Assembly: GCA_024679065.1 (NCBI GenBank)
Contig: JAGIQG010000004.1
Location: 54,498,001-54,562,000 of the forward strand
Reading direction: 5' to 3'
Origin: Sphyrna mokarran
Lineage: Eukaryota
Length of the DNA stretch: 64,000 nt
The position numbers and the translations under genes are program-made. The notes under the pieces were generated by a model, which did not search any database, was not told the DNA's origin, and saw only the letters and a program-made list of their open reading frames with translations. Positions 37,748-51,904 of this stretch are shown piece by piece (the stretch's first letter is position 1; the number at the start of each line of letters is the position of its first letter).

Positions 37748-39203
37748 GAGTAAACCCATACATTTCTTCAGATCAGATTTATAAAGACATTTCTTGTGAC
37801 AATGGCCGTATAAATCGCGGAGTCTAATCTGAAACTCTAACCCTTAACTCCAACCACTCGCCCAGCCCCTAATACTAACCGTGAACCCTAAGACACGAAC
37901 ACAAATTCTATCAAACTAACGCTTAATCTTAAAACGCTACTAACTCTGATAAACCAACATGCTTGAAGAAAAACTAGATGAATATTGCTTTTTTTAAAAA
38001 ATCTAGAAATGCGTATTCTCTCGGGTGGATTGCTGGCTAGTGACTACGATAAAACAGCACTGTTGGCTCCCTGTTGCTGTTCTGATCTCAGAGATACTAG
38101 GAATCCTCTTGCTCCACTTGTTTCATGCAAAATTAATACATGGATGTACTGCTGAGGCTTTATAAGGCTTTCGTCATACCACATTTGGAGCAATATTTGG
38201 GAGCAATTTTCGGCCAGTATTTAAGGAAGGAGGTGCTGCCCTGGAGAGGGTCCAAAAGAGGTTTACGAAAATGAAAAGTTTGATGAATGACGTGCGTTTG
38301 AAGACCACCTCTATCTTAAATGGAATTTAGAAGGATGATGGGAGATCTCACTGAAACTTACAGCATACTGAAAGGTCTGATAGCGTCCATATGGAAAATG
38401 CGTGAATCCTTTTAGAGAGAGTTTCTTTGCTTAATTTTTGTATCTTATTTGAGAGCGTATGGGTATGCGTATCTAGTATAATGTAGGGTGCACTTCTAGG
38501 ATTGGGGGTGAGGTGAATGGTTGGGAGAGAAAAAGAATTATTTTGGAGCTTGATATTCTTCACTGGTCATTGAGCATCATTAATCCACTTAACCTGCACA
38601 TCTTTGGTGTGGGGAAGGAAACCAACACACCGGGAAAGCCCACAGGGAAAATGTACTAATGTCACCCAAGTCTGGAATCGAATGAGGGTCGCTAGAGTTA
38701 CGTTAGCATGTTCTAACCACTGTGCTACTGGATATGAGTCACTGGTCTGGGAATGGCTTGGATTAAAATTTTTCACTTTGCCAGTCCTCATTCAACTCTA
38801 TCTTCCCACTGACAAGCCTCTGAGATCTCTGTGCTCCTGCAATTCTGGCTTGATATTCAATTTTGGGGCACTTTCGAAATGTGCGATAGTATCAAATGCT
38901 TGTTATTCTCCGCTGATAAATCAGATGGGATATAATGTTAGTAGACATTCAGCTGCTACCTCTTTTCAATATGATATTCATCCATTTTTTGTGTCTTTCT
39001 TTAACTATTATCATTTTAATACATATCCAGTGCATAATGGATCCTTTACATATGTTAATACTTGTCAGAAAATTGGAAATCACTATTACATTCTAGGAAG
39101 GATAGCATCCTTAAACATTTTTACCCTTGGTCAACATATAGTAGAAGAAAATTCTATTCAAGAAAATGATGGTTATTACTCTACATTCAGATTCATGCTC
39201 ATG

Positions 39204-39646
39204 CAGTGCCAGATTTAGGCGTAAGCTAAACAAGCTACAGCTTAGAGCCTCACAATGCGCAGGGACCTCAAAATTTCAGAAGGTTTACAATGAAGAGAAC
39301 ACTTAAAAGTGGATACCAGAAAAAGAAAGAATAACCAGCTTGAAGATCAAATGAAAAAATTAAATCCGGCCCTGTAGATTATAGTGTACTATATTATAAT
39401 CTAAGAGAGGTCAAGTCAGCCAAATGACAAATATGTAATCAGTGGGTGCATTCATTTGAAAATCATTTGTATTTTTCCACTTTAAATACTTTGCTATTAA
39501 ATAATTAAAAGCATAATTATGTTTTTAATTTTTTTGTGGTAATCCAAAGTCCTGTTTTGGTATGCACCTTTGAGAGATCTTTTGGTATAACTTTTTAACC
39601 AAGCTTTATATAGTTTAGGGCCTCACCAAGTCTAAATCCGGTACTG
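39204..39646. mobile_element. hAT-like MITE remnant(s)
   Basis: TIR-like CAGTGCCAGATTTAG at 39204 with inverted matches TAAATCCGGCCCTG (39361-39374) and CTAAATCCGGTACTG (to 39646); no clean TSD. Confidence 0.45.
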
Positions 39647-41865
39647 ATCATATCCTTAGATTTTGTTAAGCACCAAAGGAATCCATCAATCTTAGTCTTG
39701 AATACACTCAATGACTGAACCTTCTGGAATAGAAAATTTGAAAGATGAAGAATTTTATCTCCATTTCCATCTAGTGCCTGAGATGACATGATGGTGTTAT
39801 AATCTAGTACAAAAAAAGGCACCCACACACAATCTGATTAATAAATCTTTATTAATCACATGAAAAGTAAACTGAAACATATAAATTGCTGATACTTCCT
39901 TTCCTCATGTCATTTGGCCAATGCTATAATTAGTATGGAAAGAAATCACATGATTGGCATGCCTACTATATTGATGAAGCCATCAAGCAAGAATATTTTC
40001 TCAGTATTATATAATTGAGGGCACCATGACATCATTAACTATTGTTCTAGTTGATCTGTCTTCAGATACATACAGAAATGTTCAGTAATCCTGTGCTCCC
40101 AGCATATAGCTCTCGAGTGGAATTCTTGTTGGATATAGTTCAACTACAAGATTATTTATTTCCTGCTCCCTTGAATATGACTCTGCAGCATCAATCAACT
40201 TCCCCTATAGTTGAATTATAGTAAAGCTAATTAGGAGTACTATTTAAGTAATTTGCATCCTGAACATTATCAAATATTTGATGTCTTTACAATAATCAGT
40301 TTTATTGCTAACCCTGAGAGTTCTTCCTTTTGGTGGATTGTTCCAGTGACGTTAGTAACGGCAGTGCCCAAAGATCAAATAGTAGGGAGCACATCACCTC
40401 AAGTTAAGCTTACCTTGAGCTCGATTATCTAGATTTGGAGTGCTGCTTTTCTATCTGAAGTGGAGTTTCCATAAGCTTGGCTGCTTTAGGTAGTTGGGCT
40501 CAGATGTGAATCAGCTGAGGCTTCACCATTAATGGAATAGACACTTCTTTACTGTGTTTACACCTCAAGGGTTATCACTGGCACCCATAGGCAGCATTTT
40601 ACAAGGGAAGGAGGAATGAAAAAATAGAGATAAGGATAAGATTTCTAAGTTTATAATTTTTTTTTCATATTTTCATGGGATGTGGGTATCATTGGCTAGG
40701 CCAGCATTTCTTGTTCATCCTAATTGTTCTTAGGCTTAATGGCTTGCAAGGTGGCATGGTAGCACAGTTCTTAGCACTGCTGCTTCACAGCTCCAGGAAC
40801 CTGGGTTCGATTCGCGGTTTGGGTCACTGTCTGTGTGGAGTTTGTGCGATCTCTGTACCTGCATGGGTTTCCACTGGATGCTCTGATTTCCTCCCACAGT
40901 CCAAAGATTGTGTGTGTTAGGTTGTTTGGCCATGCTATAAGAAATTGCCCCTTAATGTTGTAACATGAGTAGGTTAGAGGGAATAGTGGATGGATATGGG
41001 GGTAGAGCCTGAGTGGGATTGTGGTTGGTGCAGATTCTATGGGCTGAATTGCCTCTTTTTGTACTGTAGGATTTTTGTGATTCTAAGAGTCAACCGTGTT
41101 GCTCTGGTTCTGGGGTCACATATAGGCCAATTCACAGAACCATATAATCCCTCCAGGAATCCATGTAGACATAGGAGAACTTACAGACTCCACACAGACA
41201 ATCACCAGAGACCAGAATTGAACCTAAATCCCTGGTCTGAGACAGAAATATTAACCACTGTCACTCCAGGTAAGGGTCGCAGATTTTTACCCCTAAAGAA
41301 CACTGATGAATCAGATAAATATTTATAGCAGTGATCAGTTTTATAGTTGAGATTTCATTCGTGATTTAAGTTGTGCCAATTACTGTGATGTATTTAAATT
41401 TTGTTAAACTTAATTGTAATAGAATAGTGGACGAGAGAATTCAGTACAGTTCAAAATAACTTGCAAACTTCCTCAAGCCAGTGAAACAGTTGCCAGAAGA
41501 AGTTTGCGATTTTCCATGGTTAATTCTTTTACAGAATTGAGTATTCATTGGCATAAATGTCATGACATAAATGCAATTGATGAAATTAGGAATGACAACC
41601 TTCATAAACGATATTTCAATTTACATTCTTACCTTTTCTCTATCATGTTGGAAGTAAGGAGCAATGCATGGTGCTGTAACTGACTGTCAGCCAACTTCAC
41701 TACATGTCTACCTTTGTCTCCATTAGGTCCTTCTGGAGTAATCACTACAGCAGCCTTCAAGCCTCCTGGAGCAAATTGAGTTAGAGGCACAGACAGCTTT
41801 TGCTAAAAAGATTGATAGGCATATAATTTGTAACACTGGAAGTATCACCAAATATTCATAATGCT

Positions 41866-44800
41866 GGGGAGAATTTTACTAGATTTTTTCTAAGTGTCCA
41901 GGTAGCTTGAAAATGGGAGCATTCTTGAACCATTTTTTGGGCAAATTTTCCACACCCAATCTTATGTACTCGGTCTTTGAAATAGTGGGCTAGACCATAT
42001 CTAGCCACTACAGGCAGTGAACAGGGCTTATTTTGCCTGACAGCCTGCGCTCAAGTTGGGGGCCACAAACTGTGCATGCACAGAAAAAGCAAAAAAACAA
42101 AAATATGCAGTTCTCCTGACACAACATCCTTCTTCCCACCATGGATGTTGGGGACCACGCCCCCAGTGTTACTGACCCCCTTACCCCTCCTATCCTTGCT
42201 GGACTTCTTTGCACATGATTCCTCATCACCCCACTCAGCCCTGATGACTGACTGCCATGTCCCTCTCTCTCCCTTATGGCAATCAGAGCCACAAATTCCA
42301 TATCCCTCTCCCACCTCCATGAACACATATGCAAGTGCAAACCTAGTTTCCCTTCCATAATAACAAGAACAGCATTAAGCTCATTGGAATGTTTCAACTA
42401 GTACAAGACTTTTCCAAACTGCCTGTAGCTAATCTGCCCTAAAAACGGAAAGCTCCATTAAAAATCTCCCAAGAATGAGCAGATAGTACAAGAAGAAATG
42501 GCCTCTAGGAAGACAGCTCCCCATTTTTCTAAAGCAAATCTGGTCAGGTTGCTGAAGGCAGTGGAGGCAGGGTGGCATACCCTCTTTCTCCCCAGCAGGA
42601 TTCTGTTCCAAGGGAAGGAAGTGGAAATGCAGGAATGGAAAGGAAGTGGGAAGTGATGGCAGCCTGTGTTAGTGCGAGGGCACTGGCCTGGAGAACTGGG
42701 AAGTAATTGCACAAAAAACTGAATGACCTAATTCAGGCAGGAAGGGTGGGTGTTTAACTCAAGATCTTCCCCCAAAAAAAAAAAAAGACACAAGACAACT
42801 CACACCCAGCATGCTTCCAACCCCTGACTGTCCAAACACATTCCTCCTCCCTCCCAAGTGTTTCACAACCCTTGTCCTATGAATGCCATTCCCAATACCC
42901 TGGATGACTCATGCCATCAGATTTTACACGTCTCCTTCTTTCCTCCCTGAAGAATGCCCATAATCACCAGGAGAGGGTGATGTGCCCAAGATTCAGTTCT
43001 CACCCCCTTTGAGAAGCAGGCACTGAAACTTATGGGAAGGAGGGAATGCAGGCCATTAGTGACCCTTGTGACTACCAGCCCTTTAGCACCTAGGTGGTGT
43101 CATCATTTTCTTGCTGCGTAGCCTCCTGCCCAATGATGCCCAGCTGGTCGACCTCCATGCCTTCCACCTCCAAAAGGTCTCCTTGTTAGTGTGTCAGGTT
43201 GTATAGGGCACAACAATGATCACAATTCAGGATAATATTAGGTGGGCTATATTGGAGGGCCCTGCCAGACCAGTCCATGCACATGAACTGTATTTTAAAG
43301 AAGCCCTTTGCACTGCTCCACTATTGAATAGGTGACAATGTGGGCCTCATTATATTAAGTTTCCTCATCAGCCTCAGGACTCTGCACTGGTGTCAGCCAA
43401 GATCCAAGTGGGTATCCATGTCCCCCATGAACCATCCCTGCACCCTGGGTTCCTCCTCAAAGACCTCTGGAACATCAGAGCTTCTCAATACAAAACTGTC
43501 ATGCACACTGCCAGGGTGTCTGGCACAGACGTGCCTGATTTTCAGCTGATGGTCACACACCAACGATACACTTCAATAATTCTATTCATGAATCTTCCTG
43601 GACTTTTCATCAGGACTTTGAGGACGATGTGGGTGCTGTCATCCCCCTGCACATTTGGCATCCTCTCGATAGTCTCAGGCTCTGTAGGACGTAGTCAAAT
43701 TTAATATATTGGCCAGCCTGGGTATACAGGGCATCCATAATCTCCTTCACACACTTGTGGGTGCATGATTGGGAAATGTCACAAGTCTCCACTGGCGGTC
43801 TGAAAAGCCATTCACAACCACCAGGAGTAGGTGTTTCGAAAAATAGCACAGGTGTCGCAATGTCTCACTGCCTCAGCAGTGTGTGATGTTCAATAGTTGC
43901 TCAAAGGGCACTTGTGTATGGAACTGCCATGATCATTATTTCCTCCTTCTCTTGCCCCTGCTTCTCACCCCCTCAAGGTGGAACAGTGGTCACCTCCTGC
44001 AGCTATCTCCCTCTACTGCAAGTAGTAAGGCCTGGGCCTCCTGTGCCTGCAATTTACCCTCATGCTCCTCAGCTCCAGCAACAACCAAAAGAACTGAAAG
44101 ATCAATGGGTTGCACTGCAAAAACCATCTGATCTGAAGAGTAAGCGGGGACTGGGATTTGGGGAAGGGGAGGCAGATGGAGAGGTTGAAGAACTCTGCTT
44201 GCCTCAGCCCAGCAACATGTACTTCCCATGCCCCCCACAGACCCCAAGCAATACAGGCTCCCAGTACACTTCCACAGCTCCTTCCAGGAAAGCAACAAGC
44301 TACCTTCCACCAATCACAAACACACACCCAGAACCCATGCAGTAGAAGTCACAGACAATGTTGCTTGACAAGTCCTGAGGTTGCAGCAATGCCACTTCAG
44401 AGAGTTGCCAGCCCATCCCCCACCAGCAAGTATTTACTGCTGCCACCTAGAATCTATGCTAAGACGCAAGGTCAACCTGAGAAGCTGAAGTTGGAGTCCC
44501 CACACCATCGTGGGCCCTCCAACCCAAAATGCAACATGGCTGCCATGAAACAACTCCCTGAAGCACCACCAAGCAGTTTAAAAGCAGATACTCCCCTGGT
44601 CAAGCACCTGAATGTGACTTTTATACTTGGTGTTTGCCTGTGCGATCCAACTGCAGTGAATGAGGTTGTAAAGACAGGTGAGCAAGGACGATTGGGCATG
44701 AAGCTCACTAAAATGTATCATTATGAATACAAAAAAGTCCAAATTGGGATTTCAACTGTTTTGGACAGGGTCCTAATTGCGCCATCTTTTTCTTCTTGGA

Positions 44801-44895
44801 AAATTGGAATGGGCAGGGAAACAGATACCATTTCCAATTTTTTTGACTTTTTCCTTGCCGTAAAACGAGCCTGATGAGGTCGTATAGTTCTGCCC
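41866..44895. mobile_element. Decayed autonomous-type PIF/Harbinger transposon (Myb/SANT ORF on +, DDE transposase on -)
   Basis: 42498(+) MASRKTAPHFSKANLVRLLKAVEA...WEVMAACVSARALAWRTGK*LHKKLNDLIQAGR is Myb/SANT-like; ~43130-43860(-) TCDISQSCTHKCVKEIMDALY...YIKF, MPNVQG/DSTHIV and a GD-GYP remnant are HARBI1-like; weak TIRs GGGGAGAATTTTAC / GTATAGTTCTGCCC. Confidence 0.85.
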
Positions 44896-45689
44896 ACTGA
44901 ATCAGAATCTTTCATTATGGCTACCCAATTATGCAAACGTTAATTAATTTCACAGTTTCAAGTTTTGTCCACTTTGCCTGGCTCTACATTACATTAAATG
45001 CTATTCATTTATGACATCTTCCAAGATCAATGAAAGCCATCAAATCACCATTTTTCCCTCTCTACAACTCCTCAGGTACTGGAAAAATTTATGTTTGCAA
45101 TCAGGAAGACCTGAACAACATCCAGGCTTAGGCTTTTGGCAAGTGATGATAAGTGCCAGGCATTGGCCATTAAATTGAACAAAGCAACAAAATAAAAGCA
45201 TGAGCACAAACACTCAAAAGTTTAGATGGTGAAACTCTACATTCTACGTTTCCTAATGTTAAAATACAACCGTCGCAAAACTCAGGGAATTGCTTGAAGG
45301 TTTCTGTTTTAAAAAGTTGCTCAGTGAATTTTATTTGAACAAACTGTTTTAGGAAGGAGGAAAGATAGTGTTAAAATCATGATATTACATATAAAAATAT
45401 AGATATATCAAGACAAGGTGAATGGATCTTTTGTCTCTATTGCTTGCATTTAAGTAAGTCAAAAATGAAGAAACTCTCATGAGTCTGACTGGATTCATAC
45501 CATGGTGTAAGGAAAGAATCAACCAGTTACTTTGAAATCTTCAAATGTTATAAATCACAAGGAGTTTTTGCTTTATCCTTCTTACGTGTATTTTTAATAT
45601 ATAGATGTAGTGAACCCCAATCTAGTTAATTACAACTGACCTTAGCTGTAGTTGATTTAAAAGCAAAGAGTTCTGTTTAATTGACATTG

Positions 45690-46160
45690 AGAGGTTCACT
45701 AGATTGATTCTGGAGATGAGAGGTTCGTGGCATGAAGAGAGATTGAACTGTTTAGACCCATACTCTGGTATTTAGAGGAATGAGGGGAGATCAAATTGAT
45801 GTATAGAAGATGACAAAGTAGATGTAGAGCAATGCTTCTGCTAGTGAAGCATTATAGTGTGACAGGTCATAATGTAAGAATAAGGGGTAGCAAATGTAAA
45901 ACAGAATTGAGGAGAAAATATTTCTCCCAAAGAGTTGTGGAACTGTGGAATTCACAACCCCAAGTGCAGTGGATGCTGGGACAGTGAGAAAATTTAAGGA
46001 GGAGGAGGTAGACAGATTTTTAAGTTGGTAATGGGTTGAAAGGTTATGGGGAGAAGGCAGAAAAATGGGAAATGAGGAGCGTATCAGCCAAGATCAAATG
46101 GTGGAGCAGACTTGATGGGTCAAATGGCTTAACTCTGCTCCTATATCTTGTGAACTTATA
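45690..46160 (+). mobile_element. CR1 LINE 3' end
   Basis: gaggttcactagattgattc...tgtggaattcac...tail. Confidence 0.75.
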
Positions 46161-47689
46161 AATATTAAATTCAGTAGTGTGAACTAATCCTTTATCATAA
46201 CTAAATTAAATTGTACATTAATTTATAATTGTTTAATTTTGTAGATATCTTTCAATGGTTAGAACTCAATCATGGAGCAACAGCAAAGCTCCTTTTTTTT
46301 TTGGAATACTTTGAATTAAAACAAATCTAGCAGTTGCGTTTAGTGGATCTCTAGCTATTAGTACAGGACAATCAAACTCATGTGAATCACTGTGTAATGC
46401 ATGTTCAAAACATGCAGAAGTTGAATGAGGAATTGGACACTAAGGCTAAAAGTTCAATTTTATCATAAATTCAGCTCTTTAGTTATGCTTAATTATGGAG
46501 AATTATAATCATTACTAAATGAATCAGTGACATTTGATATTTATATCCTATTACTACTACTCTGAAGAGAAAGTTATTAAGAACACTAATCTTTTATTAA
46601 GTCCTAGAGGTGCGAATAGTTACTGACTTCGATCTAACATACAGGCTAACTTCTGGTCTAACAATTTATTAGTCAATTTAAGCAGGATTTGATGAACTAC
46701 TGATTTGCCATTAAAAAAGCTGATATTGCTCACAACACTGGATTAAAGTTTATTACATTTTATTTCTGTAACACAAGATGTATATCAAATAAAAACAGAA
46801 GTAGGAGTAGACCACATGGCCCATCTAGGTTGTCTGCCATTCAATACCATCATGACTAATTTTGGGCTTCAACTGCATTCTAAAACTTTTTTGTACCCCC
46901 CTTAATTCCTTGAGACACCAAAAATCTGTCTCAGCTGTAAATGCAGTCAATTACACCCACAATCCTTTTGTATGGAGAATTCTAAAGATTCTTATCACTT
47001 TGAAGAAATTTCTCCTAATCTCAATCCTAAAGATTGGCTCCTTATTTTTGGGGGAGTGCAGTACTCAACTAAATCCTAATCAGAATGACTGGTGTGACAG
47101 GAAGTTAATTGTTAGGTAATGAGTAGTGTTATAGGAAGTAAATGGTTAGGTATTTTCATATCCCTGCTGAAATAAATAATATGCCCTGATAACATTGTTT
47201 GCAAAACAGATTTGAATTTACAGCATAGAAGGATATAATTTACTCTGAAGGGTTGTCCAATTTAGTCCAACACCCCAGTTTTCTCTTAATTATTTGGCAG
47301 AGTAGTCCTTTAAGGATTGGTTAATTGCCAATTAAAGTTAGGGTAGCATGATGGTGCAGTCTTTAGCACTGTTATCTCAGTGCCAGGGACCCAGTTTAGA
47401 TTCTTGGCTTGGGTTCCTGTGTGCAGATACTATACATTCTCTGTATGGGTTTCTTCTGCTTGCTCTGGTTTTTAAATGCACACAGTCTGACATATGTGCT
47501 GGTTAGGTGCACTGGCAATGCTAAATTCTCCCTTAGTATACTTGAACAGGCACCAGAATATGGGGACTAGGGGATTTTCACAGTAACTTCAGTGCAGTAT
47601 ACATACAAGCCTGCTTGTGACATAAATAAATGAACTCATTATAGAATCTTAATTCCAACACCTTTTTAGGTAACATATTGCAGTGTTAA

Positions 47690-50520
47690 CAGAATCATAC
47701 AGTGCAGAAGAGGCCCTTTAGCCCTTCAAATCTGCACCAACACACAAGAACCACCTCCTTCTACACTGTAGGAATTTTATACGATAATGAGGGGCATGGT
47801 CAGAGGGATAGGAGCAGCTATTTCCGTTGAGGTTAGTCATGAGGACCTTTCAGACTAACAAGTCTGCTTTGACACAGAAGAGCCACAAACTACCTACCTC
47901 TAATCCCATTTACCAGCACTTGGCCCATAGCCTTTGAATGTTATGATGTGCCAAGTGCTCATCCAACTACTTTTTAAAAAAGGGTGTCAGGCAACCTGCT
48001 TCCATCACCTTCCCAGGCAGCATATTCCAATTATCACCACCCTTTGGCTCAAATGCAGCTTTTCTTCATCTAAGCATTGAACTGGTCTCCTCTCATGACT
48101 GACTCTTGAAACAGCTGCTCCTTATCCCTCAATCTTAATCATAGAATCCCTACAGTGCAGAAGACCATTCAACCCATTGAGCATACACTGACAATGATCC
48201 AATCCAAGCCCTATCCCGTAATCCCACACATTTAGCCTGCTAATCCCCCTGACACTAAGGGGCAATTTAGCATGGCTAATCAATCTAACCTAAACAACAT
48301 TTGACAGAGGAAAACAGAACACCAAGAGGAAACCCACACAGATAGGAAAGAAATCCATACAGACATTCACCCAAAGCCGAAATTGAACCAGGTCCCTGGT
48401 GCAGTGAAGCAGCAGTGCTAATCACTGTGCTACTCCAAATAAAAACAGACTTGTACTCCTTGATCAGGTGATTTCAGTCCTCTCTACTCCACCAAGTCTA
48501 TCCAACCTCACTTCATAAATGTTCTATCCAAGGCAGCACCCTGGTGAATACCCTCTGCACCTCATCCAGTGCAATCACACCCTCTATACATTGTGGCAAC
48601 CAGAACTGCAGAGTGCAGTCCAACTATAGCCTCACAGTTCCAACATGATTATCTTGCTTTTATAATCTATGTCTCAATTGATAAAGGCATAGTTCTGTCT
48701 TTCTCACTACATGACTAACATGCCCTGAGAGCTATGGACAAACACACCAAGGTTCCTTTGTTCCTCAGGACACCCTAACTGTTCATTAAATACTTCCATG
48801 TCAAATTACTCTCTGCAAAGTTTATCACTTCATACTTTTCACCGTTAAATTCCATGTGCCTCTTATCTGCCCATCTTCCTGTACCCAAGATAATGAATGT
48901 CATTGTTAACCATCTGACAATTAATATAGGCTTAATAATCCTACCCCCCACATAGTCATCATTTCTATAGATGACTAATAGGAGACCTATCAGATCCCTA
49001 GCCACTGGCATCTAATTACCAAAGAAGACGTCTATCTTCATGCTGTCTTCTACAACTAAGCCAGTTTTGAATCCACCTCCTCAAAATTACCTTGCATTTC
49101 ATGTGCATTTGTCTTCTTTACAAGTCATCTATTGAATCTTAAAGGCTTTGCTGAAATCCATGTAGACTATATCAGCTGCACTACCCCCATCTATACTTTC
49201 TGTACTCCACTAACAATTCCACTGATTTGCTTGCCTTGCATCTGCTAAAACGCTTATTTTCCTTCTCATTATACCATGAATATCTCTGGTCATCCATGGT
49301 TCTCTGGGCTCATTACTCCTTTCATCATCCTAGAATGAACATTTTAGGTTTGTGCCCTCCCCATTTCCTTTTTGAATGCCTTCCCACTGCTCTTCTGTAG
49401 ATGCCCCTGCAAGTAGTTGTTTCCAATCTGCCTTGGCTAGATCTTACTTCATCTTACTAAACCCACTCTTCCCCCAGTCCAAAACTTCTACTGTTTTTAC
49501 AAACTGAATTGTGCACATATTTTCTCCTCAATTTCTCACTGCCAATCTGGGGGTCTACAATGAATACCTAGCAATGTGGCTGCCCATTTTTATTTCTATG
49601 CTCTATCACAAAACCTCTTTCAATGCCCCCTCCAAGATATCATTTCTTACTGCAATAACTGATTCCTTAACTAATAATTCTCTTTTACCACCTCCCCTAA
49701 ATACTTATCTTGAATTTTGAGCTGCTAATACCACCCTTCCCTGAATCACATTTGTGACTGCTACTACAATACACTTCCATGTGTCAATCCTCATCCTTAA
49801 CTCATCTGTAATACTTGTGACATTAAAGTAGAGACTATTTAGCCTTGCCTTACTTCCTTGAAGCTTACAGTTCTATTCCCTCTGATTTAATTGTTTTACT
49901 GTATTATGCTGTTTCCCTATTCTGCAAGTAATTTGCATCCCCTCCCAATGCCAAATTAGAATAGACGCCTCTCAACAGCACTAGCAAACCCACCATCAAG
50001 GATGTTAGTAGTTGTGCTCTGGTTCAAATGTAGATAATTTCATTGGTACAGATCCCATCTTTTCCAGAAATGGTCCCAGTGATTGTGGAATCTAATATCC
50101 TTCCTCCTACACTAACCCTTAAACCACACATTCACCTGTACTATCCTCCTATTTTTATGCTTGCTAGCATGTGCTTACTCAAAGTAACTCAAATTACAAC
50201 TCAAGGTCTGTTTTTTAGTCTACTACCTAACTCCCACTTAAAAACAAGACTTCAGTCCTTTTGACCTATATCATTGGCATCAACATGTACCATGATCTTA
50301 AAGGGGAATCCTGCTGTATCTTTTGGATTGCTGGGTGGTTCCCCCATTCCCTTCAAGTCCTCTGGCTACATTGTGATCACCTCCATAAAACATGCTATTC
50401 ATGACATTCTTAGAGTCATGAATACTCAGTGGCCCCAGCCAATGTTCTGCTCTGAAACCCAAGCTTCCAGGAGCTATAGCTGGACACACTTCCTGCATAC
50501 ATGTTGATCCCAGGCATTGG
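47690..50520 (-). mobile_element. Fragmented, CpG-decayed CR1 LINE with nested SINE
   Basis: WADKRHMEFNGEKYEVINF; ggctttgctgaaatccat (DFSKAF reversed). Confidence 0.7.
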
Positions 50521-50526
50521 AATTGT

Positions 50527-50679
50527 GTAAGAATCAGGCAACACCAATTTTAAATCCAACCGATTTATTTGATAAGCTTGCAGATTTACTATCAAATAAG
50601 TCGGTTGGATTTAAAATTGGTGTTGCCAGATTCTTACTGAGTTTACCCCAGTCCAACACTGGCATCTCTACATCATGAC
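50527..50679. repeat. Penelope-derived near-perfect hairpin insertion with TSD
   Basis: 48-bp inverted arms 50527-50574 and 50590-50637 (2 differences); flanking direct repeat TGGAATTGTG at 50518-50527 and 50680-50689. Confidence 0.85.
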
Positions 50680-51904
50680 TGGAATTGTGCCCAGCATCCC
50701 TCAGAGCAGAAATATCAGACTACAATTTTGAGTTCTTCTGCCTTAACTAAACCCTTTATAACAAGGAACTTAACATAAATTTCCTATTCTTGCTTAAACA
50801 ATGACTTACAATTAGTTGCCATTGGTTCCACAATACCTTCTGAACTCTGATATTAACTTGGAATGCCAGTGTTTATCCCTGCACTCATTGATTTACCATG
50901 CTGCTGAAAAATATCTAGTAACAATTACTCAGCCTCACCCACCACTCAAATCAGTTCCCTCACTGTCTGAGTTTATGAAGCTTTGCTACACTCCACTCCT
51001 GCCTAGACTGAGCTCCACATTCACTGTCCATCCAAATCACTCATTTTACCAAGCAACATTGAAGTTTCTCCATTTTATACATCCCAAAACAATAAATTTT
51101 GAAACTAAATTAAACCAGTTGTTCAGTTAGCCAGTGTCAGCTGAGTGACTTAGCTGACTGTTTCAGGAATGCAACTGCACCCAAGAGTAGTAGCTTTTAC
51201 TCCCTAGAATAACTAATTTATCTAGAAATTTGTCCTGATGTTAAGTTTAAATTTTGAGTTTGAAAAATGTGTTTCTCATTTCCCCTCTAGTTTTTGCCAG
51301 TTATTTGAATCCATTACCACTGATCATCCACTCATGTGCCAGAGTATAAGTTTCTCTACTTTCTCAAAAACCCTGCCATTTCTGAGTTTATCAATTAGAT
51401 CTCCTCTTAACCTATTCTATGGTTCTGCAAATTCTCTGCATAACAAAAGCTTCTCATTCTTTGTAACCTCCTCTACATCCTCTCCTTCCTAAAGTGTGGT
51501 GCCTAGAATTGTACTCTACAATCAAGCTGATGTATAATCACTGATTCTTAAAGATGTAATATGATTTCTTACTTTTAAAATTTAATGATCTTATATACAA
51601 ACTAAGTATCTCATATGCTTCCTCTATCATATTAATTTTTTTTGAGCCATCTTTAAAGACTTCTGAATATGCATTACCAGATCCTTAAGCAATACACTCA
51701 CCGGGAAATTTGAAAAAAGGTGACTTGAACATATTTCTTTTGTTTACAGCAAATGTGTTCTTGCATATGAAAGTATTTTACCTTTGGCAGCCATAAGCCA
51801 CATTATGTGCTTGATTGATCTTAAATTGTGTTTTCCTGAATGCAAGATCAAAAGTGTCTGCAACATCTCAGTTCTCCAATCTTCTGCTGCTGTTGTTAAT
51901 AGTA

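Noticed and set aside
37830-37940. Degenerate TAACCC-like repeats as interstitial telomere
   Set aside because: Too degenerate; treated as low-complexity sequence
38604-39218. 204-aa ORF
   Set aside because: Starts inside a SINE and runs through AT-rich DNA with no protein-like features
40748-40830. tRNA-like A/B boxes (ggttcgatt)
   Set aside because: Head of a tRNA-derived SINE, not a tRNA gene
44158-44874. Longest ORF in the track (238 aa)
   Set aside because: Lies inside the decayed Harbinger, non-ATG start, no recognisable domain
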